DNA of 64,000 nt from Octopus sinensis (taxonomy: Eukaryota), in contig NW_021833024.1 of NCBI RefSeq assembly GCF_006345805.1, positions 285,645 to 349,644 on the forward strand, in the 5' to 3' direction. Made by a program: the position numbers and the translations under genes. The notes beneath the pieces were generated by a model, which was given only the letters and a program-made list of their open reading frames with translations, searched no databases and had not been told where the DNA came from. Position 1 is the first letter of the stretch; each line of letters starts with the position of its first letter. Positions 53,777-64,000 of this stretch are shown in pieces.

Positions 53777-55229
53777 TAGTAAACAAAAATCTCAGAAAAC
53801 AAAGTATTTGGGCAAAATAAATATTGCAACTAGATTAACTGGAATAGAGAAGACACTCTTAGCCAATGTTGAGAATGAACATGAAACTTCCCTAAGTTTT
53901 TTAATAAGAAAGTACAAAGCGAGTATTATTGAAAGAAATAAAAAAAACAATTAGGAATCAAATTTCATTTTAATAAAACTTAAATACTTTTTTGATTAAT
54001 TTAGGCCATTTAAAAAATTATTTGCTCATTGTTTTTTTAATTATTTATTTCATTTTTCAAATTGATCACAAAATTCTAAGCCAATTTTCGAGGGTCAAGT
54101 GTATTTGTAAATGATATACAGCTCCATGATTTTAAAATTTGAATAGTTCCCTCATAAATTCGAAAAACGGCATTGATTCGGATTGTAGCAATTATATGGA
54201 GAAATAAAAACTGACAAGAAATAAAAACTCACTTCTCATACAATTCATGAAACATCCAAAAAATAGAAACTGGATTTTTTTATAAACTTGCAGAAATAAT
54301 GCAATCAAAAAATGCAAACGTGTAAAAATTCTCAAGATAAAACTTTGGAAAATAACAATGAAGAAATAGAATATTTGATGTCAAAAACCACAAATGAGAT
54401 CGCCTTCAGGCTACATGTGATTGAAAATGATTCGCTAGAAAATATTGAAAACAAAAATAAAGTTTTGCTGATTTCTGCAATCAAATGTTACAAAGAAAGT
54501 GTATTCAAAAGTAATGGTATGTTCAAAAATCGGCGGATTCGAGAGACAATTTAAATTTTAAATAATTAATTCTAATTAAAAGTTAAGATCTTTAAAATCT
54601 ATAAAATCTTTAAAATTTCATTTATATAAATAATAAATATAATAGAATTATTTTTTTCAAAGAAATCGTAGATTTTATCTTTTTTGTTTAATTTTCTAAG
54701 AAGTTCGCCAATTTTCATAATATTTTCGTGATCCTCAATATTTGAATTTTTGATTTGAGATAAAAGTTAAAATTTATACTGAACTAATAATACAGTCTGG
54801 GATGTTTATGATCATGCTTATTCACAATTTTCTGTGCATGCCGCGTTTCATAAAATTATTTTTAAGATCTAAAGTCTTTATTTTCAAAAATTTATATTTT
54901 TTGAAAATTATTTTTTATATCCCAAGATCATGTTTGTATCACATATACGACAAATCACTTATTTTTATGCATGACCTATAAATATTTGCATAACCGCCAG
55001 ATTGGAAAAAAGGTCAAAACTGGGCTCGTCGATATTGAACAGCCCGAATTTTAACAAATTGACAAAAATGTACGCAATATCCGCGTACACCATCGAATTC
55101 ATCTGAAACTTGCAAACAAAAAAAGACTCTACTTTCCAAGTGGCCAACACGGGAGAGGACTTGTATCCACTTTCCATAAAAGTGAACCGATACTTCTCAC
55201 GAAAGTCAAAAGTAACGAACCGGGCATCT

Positions 55230-55680
55230 CTTACTTGACAAAATGAAGAACAAAATTACAATCATAGAGATCGGATCACTTCTCAAAAGGCCTGAAACAA
55301 GTTGAGGTGGAAAAACGCCATAAGTATGACCTACTTGCCAATTAATTGGAACTAATCCATAAAACCATAATAACGACAGTAACATTGATACTAATATGGG
55401 ACGATAATGTGAGTAAATTCTATAAACATCATTCCGGCTCAGTTAATCTCAAAGAACCCATACGAGCTTAAGTTATTCTGAAAACATTGGAAAGTATGCG
55501 TGCAGAACATAAGTTTGGAATGATCGCGCAGGACTCGGTTTACAAATAGAACAACTGAGGAACCTTTTCCGAGTAAAACCATTGAGTCGAACTTGAGAAC
55601 GACCAGAAAAGAGGCCAGCCCTGCGAGATGGATGAGTGTGCCCATCGATTCAGAATTTTCAAGTGTCCTCATTAAAATGT
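55230..55680 (+). mobile_element. R4/R2-like RLE-domain remnant
   Basis: IIEIG..SQKGLKQVEVEKRHKYDLLAN..LIH...WDDNVSKFYKH; ILKTLESM. Confidence 0.7.
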
Positions 55681-55779
55681 TTTTCCCTGTAAATACAATA
55701 ATAGGTTTTGTGAAAAATATCTCAAAATATCAATAGCTCAATCTATCCTGAGTATTTTAAACGGAGAACCTGTATAGAC

Positions 55780-56552
55780 ATCCTCAGAGCAAATAAAATA
55801 TATAACTAAAAATCTAACAAAGTTATTGTTATTGATGACTGCTTATACCTCAAAGACAAAAGATTTTAAAAGCACAAACTAGTCATTTTCATGAATAATG
55901 AGAATAAAATGCAAACTATTGCAGATTCTATTCATCGAAATAGCCTTTCTGGAATTTGTAAACTCCAAAAGGAATGTTTACACTTTTATTTTACAATTAA
56001 GCAAAAAGTTATATAACTATTTGTCAAAGAATGCTCAATTTGAAGTTTTCTATTCCACTTAAAGTATAAAATTAAAAAATTAATGCAGGTTCCGACCTTC
56101 ATTCCATGTGATAGTCAAAAGACCAAATGAACGATTTCAACAGACCTTATAGATTTTAAAATATTTAATGATCCAAATGATGGCTACAATGGATATTCAC
56201 CGTCATTGATGTTTACAGTAAGTATGCAATCTGTAAAGCAGTTAAAAATAAATCTCCATCGAATTTAATTCACCGTATTTTAAACGGATGAATAAAAAAA
56301 TAAACGTTCATCAATCGAAATACGATTTTTCAATTAAAATAAAGTATGTTAGTGAATAATTGATAGGTTCGGGCTTTCAGTTCGGGGAAATAAAAAAAAC
56401 ATAAACGCCGAATTTTAATGAATTCTTTATTGTTGAAACAGTTATGATTAGAAACCAATGAATTAATTTTGACAATCACTGTGACAGGCATTATGATAGA
56501 TTCAGTCGACATTTAGCAACCACGGGATGGTTACCTCGTATGAGACGCGACA
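55780..56552 (+). mobile_element. Degraded Ginger-like element, right end at 56552
   Basis: DLIDFKIFNDPNDGY..WIFTVIDVYSKYA (rve core, first Asp); terminus ...GACGCGACA|TATTA. Confidence 0.65.
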
Positions 56553-56599
56553 TATTATATCCCCTGTTTCCTTTTAAAACTCTCTGTGGGACAACACAG

Positions 56600-57130
56600 A
56601 CATAAAGCTGCATTGACTGTCGGATGACCAATTATGACGTCTTACACTGAAGAAGATCACTAAAAAAGCTCTTTCAGGATCTCTGAATTTCCAAACTAAC
56701 ACTCGCCCAACGGCTGGGACAACTTGTGTTTGAGCGTCTGCTCGCACACTGTCGCGAATCTTATGGTAAAAGTCCACAGTGCTCGATGAAATTGGGAGTG
56801 ACGGTACACGGATAAAATCTACACGGACATTGAATAACAAGAACGCCAATCCACTCAATACAGCCTCTTAAAAGATCAATTGGCTGCACTACTTGAATGC
56901 ATTCCTGCACGACAACTGTCACTTTGACGGCTACAGCTCTGTTCTTGATATCAACTCCCTGAATGATAAGCTAAACAAATTTATGGATCTCCTACAAAAC
57001 CAAGCCACGTGTTTGCCATATGTGGAAGACTAGTCCAAACGCCAATGCTCAATGAGAAAAATCGCCTGAAAAACAAACTCAGACGCTGGACTTCACAAAA
57101 GCGAATCCCAATTCTCAAAGACGTGTAGGT
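56600..57130 (+). mobile_element. APE-type LINE remnant (endonuclease end and linker)
   Basis: STVLDEIGSD...KINWLHYL fragment; broken frames. Confidence 0.45.
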
Positions 57131-57679
57131 ACGCTGCCGTGGGTAAAACTGTCATTAGTGAACCTCGAATTGAGATGGTATATTAAAAATTTTTGGACGA
57201 GATTGTCGAGTCTGGATAAGTAAATTCTTCAACAAAAAAAGTCAAATGGGAGTCAAGCCCGCGGATAAAATCAGTATGCAGGCTAATTTTATCTCATTTA
57301 GACGATAACGATTTTGGGGATTAATATAATTTTTTTTCTGACCATAAATGTTAAGGCGGTTACATCGATTTTGCTTTTTTAGCAATAAAGTGAAGGTCCC
57401 ACCGATGTGAGGTAAGTTTAAATCATTAAGTTTTACCTGAAAGATCAAGTTTTGTTTAAACAGTAATTGCCAATTTTGCTAAATTATATGTAAATATTAA
57501 TTCAAGTCTATCTCTGCTAAAACATTAAAATACAATTTTTTACATATAATTTATGTCTGCTATTTACTTTTGCCTTTTTTATTCAAACTGGGTCCCTTCA
57601 AGCCTGGGGGTCCCTTCAAGCCTGTGACATGTATTATGCTTTCAGAGACTAAATTTATTTTATAAACTATTACTATAAC

Positions 57680-57990
57680 AAATCAAAATCGAGAAATTCA
57701 CAAATATGATCTGCTCGCAAACGAACTTTCGATACTTATGATGCAAAGGTAAAGATTATCCCAGTTGGTCTTGACGTTGGGTGGCGTTGTTTCGAGATAC
57801 TTAAAAAACTATATGGACAAATTATCGATTGATAAAGCCACAAGAACTACATTTAGTCTGTTGTTCTATAAAGGACTTTAGAAAGCATAGGACTCTAGAA
57901 AGCATAGGAAAGAGTCGCATCCGTCGGGATGCTTACTGTCGCTCCAGAAAAGGCCGACTCGCTCTAGAGTGGAAGAAAAACCAACCGATT
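57680..57990 (+). mobile_element. R4/R2-like RLE-domain remnant
   Basis: EIHKYDLLANELSIL.DAKVKIIPV; RTLESI. Confidence 0.65.
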
Positions 57991-58579
57991 GTAAAGCCAT
58001 CAAATCTGAGAAAAAAATTTAAAAACAAAATACAGGGGTTGTTATGTGATCGACTTTGGTTCTAAAATGGTACATTTCAAAACGTTTATTTTAATCTAAT
58101 AAGAGTTTCTTATTAAAATTGTGAGAAATATAGTACAAATTTATTAATCACGCTTTAAACCACATTATATGTGACAGATTGACACCTTAATTGCCGACTT
58201 GACTCGAAATAATGACATATTGAAACCTCCACATTTAATATTTACTAAATTAAAAACTCTAACTAGATTTAACAGTTATTTAATTTTTTTAATAATATCT
58301 ACCAGAATTGAAAACAAGTGGTTTGATAAATACTTAAAACGTACCATGCTATCGGTTTATAGTTCAATTATCTTTTTACTAAAATTTGCATAGAAACTTG
58401 AAAAAACTTATTTTTTTAATAATAAATTATTTACAATTTTTCAGTATAATAAATTCGCGTAAGATATATACTTTAGGTGTGGTAGGATTCTGATTATATA
58501 AATCATAGTTAACCTTTTATTTAAATTTTAAATAAATAACATATTTAGTTATTTTGGATTATATAATCCGGATTTTAGT

Positions 58580-60030
58580 AGATTTGATGAATTGGTATCT
58601 TCCCAAATAAATGAACTGAGGGACGATAGCAGCTGTGAGAGTATCCCATATTAATCAAATTCCAGGCGATCAAATCACTACCCTGGAATACAGTAAGAAT
58701 GGAGATATGCTGGCTGTGGGAAACAAACGAGGACAAATCGTTGTCTTTAATGAGGCAAACGTTATTAATTTGAATAATCTAATTCTTTTAGTCAGGAGAT
58801 GTCCAATATTCGCTCTACAGTGGCTTCCAGAGTCATATTAATGAATTTGATTGCCTCAAAAGTGTGGTGATTGACCCCAAAATAGTCACGATTTGTTGGC
58901 TACCACAACCGAATCACTCACGTTTTTTATTGTCCACCAATGGTTATCTCCAACTGTTCATATAAACAGACAAATGTATTAAATTATGGAAAATGAGTGA
59001 AAAAAATGTCAAATTGTTTGATATTGATCACGATGGGCCTCAAGGGGGGTGTTTGCGGTTTCCGAAGGTCACTTTGGGGGAGAGGGTCGTGGAGAATAGT
59101 CCAAAGAGGTCATATGTGGGGGCTCATATGTTCCAAATAAATTCTCTCAGTCCGAATTGTGACATGGAGACATTTCTATCGGGAGATGACCTGAGAATAA
59201 ATATTTGGAACATTGAATATCCCAATCGAGCTTTGAGTAGTCCACAATGACGAAATATTTAGATGTGGTGGACAAGAAGCCGCAATATTCAGAAAATGTG
59301 TCGGAAGTGATAACATGTGCTCAATTCCACCATTTCTTCTCACATTCTTTTATCTACGGAAGTACCAAAGGACTGATTCGTTTATGTGACATGAGACAAA
59401 ACGCGCTTTGCGACCATCATTCTAAACGTGGCTTTTTTGCTTTGAAGTTTGTAGTATTTGGAGATAATCCTTCACTAAGGACGAGTTCGATCTACGACGA
59501 GATAACGGGGACCATATCGGACATCAAGTTTAGTAGATGTGGGAAGTTTGTGATTTCCCGGGATTATCTCTCCATCAAAATTTGGGACCTTTCCATGGAA
59601 AGTCGGCCAGTGGAGACCTTCCGAGTGAGTGATAATTTGAAGGGCAAGTTGAATTTTCTTTATCAAAATGATTCGATTTATGACAAGTTCCAAGTCGTGA
59701 GCAGCCACAATGACAGGTTGATAAAATGTGCATTTTTTATTCAGATTTGTGCTGACGGGTTCTTACAATAATTACTTCCGTATATTTGACAGGCGAAATA
59801 ATAAAGACCATGTTTACCAGACGAATATAAACGGAAATCCACCCCGTGGACGTCCCGTTTTAATTAGGCCGGTAAAAACCATAAATTTCCCATTCCGGAA
59901 GAAAAGGGAGGATGCCTTTGACGAATTTAAAGTTGAGTCAAAAATTCTGAATTGTGCATGGCATCCACATGAGGATTGTTTTGCACTGTCTTCTGGACAT
60001 TCCTTATTTTTTTTCCAGTCTCCGCACTGA
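58580..60030 (+). CDS. PPP2R2: PP2A regulatory subunit B55 (WD40); start codon not resolved
   Basis: [27 protein letters not shown]; FDCLKS; LLSTN.KCIKLWK; HMFQINSLS; [13 protein letters not shown]; VITCAQFH; [13 protein letters not shown]; [12 protein letters not shown]; DSIYDKF; TGSYNNYF; KILNCAWHP. Confidence 0.93.
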
Positions 60031-60559
60031 TGTACTTTTTCTATGTTATAATTTGACAAGTATTTATACTTAAAGAGACTACATCTTTAAATTGTAGAAT
60101 TATAGTGATCATTCGGTATTAGTCATTTTTCGTAGTTTTTCGTTTTTTCTTCATGAAGGATTATGACTTTTTAGGTAAATCAACTAACATTTGTAGTTCT
60201 TGTTTAGTGATAAGATTATTCATTGTCGCGACAACTTGATCGTCATAATTTTCTATTTCAAGCCATTCCTGTGTTTAATTGCCATACTTTCTTATTTTTT
60301 CTCGTTTGTAGAATTGACTGGATATTGTTCATCACATTATTCATTTCACCGGCTCATTAATGAATTCGGCATATTAATGGACTGCATCAAAATCTCATTA
60401 ATATCAATTACGTCTATATAAAAAGTATCTTACTTTTTTCTAAGTCCAATTTGAAATCTATTTTTAATGGTTTTAATGACTTCTAAAAAACAGATAGACA
60501 ACAAAACAAACCAACAAAAACAGATCGCCAAAAGGAAGGACGAATGGAGTTGCGAATAT

Positions 60560-60995
60560 TTTCATTAAGGAAGGAATTCTTTAAAATTCTAAAAATTAAA
60601 TTTATATAAATGTACCCCAAAACGTGCTTCAAATTGATTAATTAAATCACCAATTATGGATATGTATTTTTCATAAGCAGCGCCTTCGTTGTTTTCAGAT
60701 AGTGAATAAAAATGAGATGTATCTCTGTCTTTAAGTGAAGTCATCCATAAATATAATTTTTCGATAAACGAAGAAATATATTCATATAACTGATAACAGA
60801 GTTTGAGTTTTCCTTGTAATTCAACATTGAGATCCGACAAATGCGTGGTTAAATTAACATAAAAAGCCAAATCGGCAATCCATCTTTCATCGTAAAGTTC
60901 ATCGAAAATTACTTTGTCTTTGGTAAAAATTAAAAAAGTTAGTTACTCTAGAGGGGCCGCAAAAAAATCCTGGGGGCCGCATTTGAGAACCGCTG
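60560..60995 (-). mobile_element. hAT (SPIN/GTF2IRD2-like) element: terminus and transposase remnant
   Basis: TIR CAGCGGTTCTCAAATGCGGCCCC starting at 60995 on the minus strand; WIADLAFYVNLTTHLSDLNVELQGK. Confidence 0.8.
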
Positions 60996-61479
60996 ATCTT
61001 GATGATTGTTGAAATCACCTAAGTATTTACCCTAATTAACTGTTGGTGATTCTTGGGTTAAATAAAAAAACTACTAAGTCTATCTCGGCCAAGCCGGTCA
61101 CATTCAATGTCAATAAAATAGAGATATCTGACTTTTTCATTGTGGATCTGCGCATTTTTCCAAAAACTAAACCGTACTTGTGCAGTTTTTTTACATTTAC
61201 TGACTTAAGGAGTTCTTTGGATGCAATTCCCACGTTCATAAGTACTATTATGATGTTATGAAAATTGAGTTTATTGATTTTTTACTCATATATGTTTGTA
61301 ATTTTTTGTTTACATTTATTTCTGAGAACTGATTAACCCGTGCGCGTTTATATTTTTTACTATCTTCTTTCAAAACCCACAATATTCATTTTTTACGAAA
61401 AACAATTTTTAAGATCAGAATAAAAATAACACTTTTCTGTCAGAAATTGAGCTTTGGTTTCCTTCAAAATTATTATAAC

Positions 61480-62040
61480 ACTTCCCATTAGAACATGAAC
61501 AGAATAAGTCATATTCCTACACGTCACACACACGATACGATCTTTTTAACCATTGTTTCCACTCTCCGCGGTTTTGGCTCTGCCTGCACAGTTCTTTCAG
61601 GTCATCGCAGTTGTTTAGGGTTTTCCCCGTTCAAGTTAGGTCTTGTTACAAGACGGCCGGCAGAGTTATTCGGCGTTGTCCACGAAATTTTGGTCCATCT
61701 GACAGGAAGTATTCTTCCATGGTCTTGTAGGCAGGTGCAGTTGAGTCCATTCTTAGGATGTGCCCAAATAGCTCCAGCAGCCGTTTATAATGTCACGGGT
61801 GATTTGCGCTGAGTTGCTGAGCCTGTAGAGAATGAGTTATTGATTTTCTGAGTACGCCATTTAGGGCACGAAGTTGTTTTCTGTGAAAAAGTCAGATTCC
61901 ATAGTTCGGTATCGGAAATTCTCCATGTAGATGAATTAAGACGGGTTTACAAAGCATTGTCCATTCTAAAGCGTAGTGAGGGGTGCAAAGGACAACGTTC
62001 TGAGGAATATAATCACTATGTCGATTCGATTGACCATAAT
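61480..62040 (-). mobile_element. RTE-like LINE 3' remnant
   Basis: LELFGHILRMDSTAPAYKTMEEYF...KFRGQRRITL; similar to VFGHVLRLD at about 13780. Confidence 0.65.
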
Positions 62041-62081
62041 TAATTGGATTTTTTATTTTAATGGGACAAATTAAAATTTAA

Positions 62082-63420
62082 TGTCACCGGTTTTTGCTGG
62101 GACCCGGCATCTCCTTGGACCGCCCTAAAATCGACTAAATCTCTTTATTTATATCTAAAATTATTAAATAGTTAAAATTTAACCTTAAAATGATGATAGA
62201 TTCCAATTTACTGAAATTTCTTTCTTGTACAAAACCAACATACTCAAACATTCGTTATTAACATCGTTGAACTTTAAATATTTAAATAATATTTGGGTTA
62301 CCAGTCGAAAAAAATTAGAACTATTTATATTTTTTTTAATAAAAATTAAATTAAAAAACACAAAAAGTATTAATCCGTGATAAAATACATTTTTATTTTT
62401 GTCCCGTGATAAAATTTGAACTTTATCCTAAAAGCTAACCTAACTTCAACCTTATCCCTCTCCCTAACCACTAACCCTATCCCTAACCCTAACCTTATCC
62501 CTATTCTGACCACTAACCCTAACCCTATCCCTATGCCTAACCCCTAACCCGTAACCCTAACTTTATCCCTATCCCTAACCCCAACTTTAATCCCTATCCC
62601 TAACCCTAACTTTATCCCTATCCCTAACTTTATCCTATCCCTAACTTTATCCCTAACCCTAATCTTATCCCTAACCCCAACACAAGCCCCAACCATAATC
62701 TATCTCCAACTTTACGACATTAAGGTTGTATCGTGATATACAACCTTAATGTCGTTTTCGTCGAATTTCCATTTCCGCTTGTTTTTCATTTGTTCTCCTG
62801 CTTTCGTTAGATTCTCGTATGTTGATAACAAATTTTTTTTGCAATATTTTCATCATCAGTTACTTAATTTTCAACAAATTGAATTTCAGCATCAGCATCT
62901 TCTCCATTAAACGCGCAGAGAGCTTCCATTTCTTCATCACTTGGTGCATAAATGCCTCTTACTCCCATAAAGATATTGAAAGGAATATGCTTTGTTGTTG
63001 CATGTCGTGAACGATTATAGTCGTAAACAATTCCTTATAATATCTTTACAGAAGCCAAAATTTCGCGTCTTAAATACAAAAAAATCGTAGTTTTAGGCCA
63101 TTTCTTCGTATATAAACATTTCCATCAGCAAAAGAAAAGGTTTCTGCATGTTGTTTGACTTTATATCTCTCCTTCTTATCCAAAACTTCATCCAAATTCT
63201 GGGATTCTTTGTATTTTTTGATTTTTGACAAAGTTTTTCTAGTCAAAACCAGTAAACCCATTTTTCACGTGCCAATTTAATTTTATAAAAGTAATATTCT
63301 TTTTAAAAATAATTAATAAATATGTATTTATGACTGTTAATAAACTATTTTCTATATTTTTTATTTGAAAATACGCTTGCGGTCCCAGCAGATGCCGGGT
63401 CCCAGCAAAAACCGGTGACA
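62082..63420 (-). mobile_element. Ginger-like element (1339 bp) carrying a telomere-like tract
   Basis: Perfect 31-bp TIR TGTCACCGGTTTTTGCTGGGACCCGGCATCT; TSD TTTAA at 62077-62081 and 63421-63425; integrase N-terminal fragments on the minus strand (63070-63261). Confidence 0.9.
62445..62705. repeat. Degenerate (TTAGGG)n-like interstitial tract
   Basis: Mix of CCCTAA, CCCTAT and CTTTAT hexamers, often as the 12-mer CCCTAACTTTAT; G-rich on the minus strand. Confidence 0.9.
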
Positions 63421-63425
63421 TTTAA

Positions 63426-64000
63426 TGTCACAGTCCAGAGCGGCAAGACGCCAGGGCGGTGATGTCAATGCTTAAAATACCAAAAAAATTTTTTGCAGAC
63501 AACTTTTCATTGGAAAAAATTATTAATAATAAAAAATTCACGAAATCCGGACTACTCGACGAATTTATTGACTGGAGGGAAAGGAAAAAATCAAACGATA
63601 TGTCCAAATTTTTACTTTCAAAGAATCCGCAGGCTATATTACTAAAAATGGTTTAGAGTTGGGATTCTTTTGTATTGAGGAAGCTGAATTAAAGCTAAAA
63701 TATATTGAAATTTGATATTCAGTGATGTAAATTAGGCTCAACACAATTGTCACTTACGATTTATGATGCAATACGTAGTGAAGTCGGTACTGTGGTATCT
63801 AAATGCGTTTATTGTCAGGTTAATCATTGGTTTAACAAGTTTACTCTAAACGAATGTTTGCGACTAAACCTGTAATTTTACCTATCATGGCTTATGGATC
63901 AAGAGACCGATATATCGTAGATCTTGTCGATTTTAGGCGATATTCTGCAAAAATGAAAATAATTCCTGGGTTATTTTTTTGAGTATAATCAACAGATACT
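63426..64000 (+). mobile_element. Left end of another Ginger-like element, running off the window
   Basis: TTTAA|TGTCACAGTCC terminus; degraded integrase ...PIMAYGSRDRYIVDLVDFRRYS. Confidence 0.75.

Noticed and set aside
58580-60030. B55 as a degenerate or non-functional subunit (GDKGGRV reads GNKRGQI)
   Set aside because: All WD40 blocks and acidic groove motifs such as DDLRIN are present and the frame is intact after splicing; this is ordinary divergence.
62445-62705. A real chromosome end or telomere fusion
   Set aside because: The tract is degenerate, internal, and enclosed by the TIRs and TSD of a transposon.

Overview
AT-rich eukaryotic (metazoan) genomic DNA. Every gene I could reconstruct is split by extremely short GT-AG introns (about 22-33 nt in those I counted). 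That intron size, plus metazoan-type genes (true AChE, HES-WRPW, Maf, Src-like kinase, Ig-superfamily), points by inference to a highly reduced animal parasite. A dicyemid mesozoan is my best guess; orthonectid or myxozoan are alternatives. Host genes reconstructed by hand: acetylcholinesterase with a GPI-type tail, SPCA/ATP2C1 pump, NDUFS7, two divergent Ig-domain single-pass membrane paralogues, AKAP17A, an ACAD9-like gene with Gln at the catalytic Glu position, an SH3-less Src-like kinase, a minimal Maf bZIP, a miniature HES, PP2A B55 and tRNA-Arg(CCG). The spaces between genes are filled with transposon debris: a Ginger-like integrase family (TGTC termini, 5-bp TWNWA target duplications, host-style mini-introns, one copy carrying a telomere-like tract), a complete non-autonomous Helitron with minisatellites, a related higher-order tandem array, Tc1/pogo, hAT, Merlin, and CRE-like, R4/R2-like and APE-type LINE fragments. 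Exon boundaries and family assignments come from manual translation and remembered motifs, not database searches; remnant coordinates are approximate.
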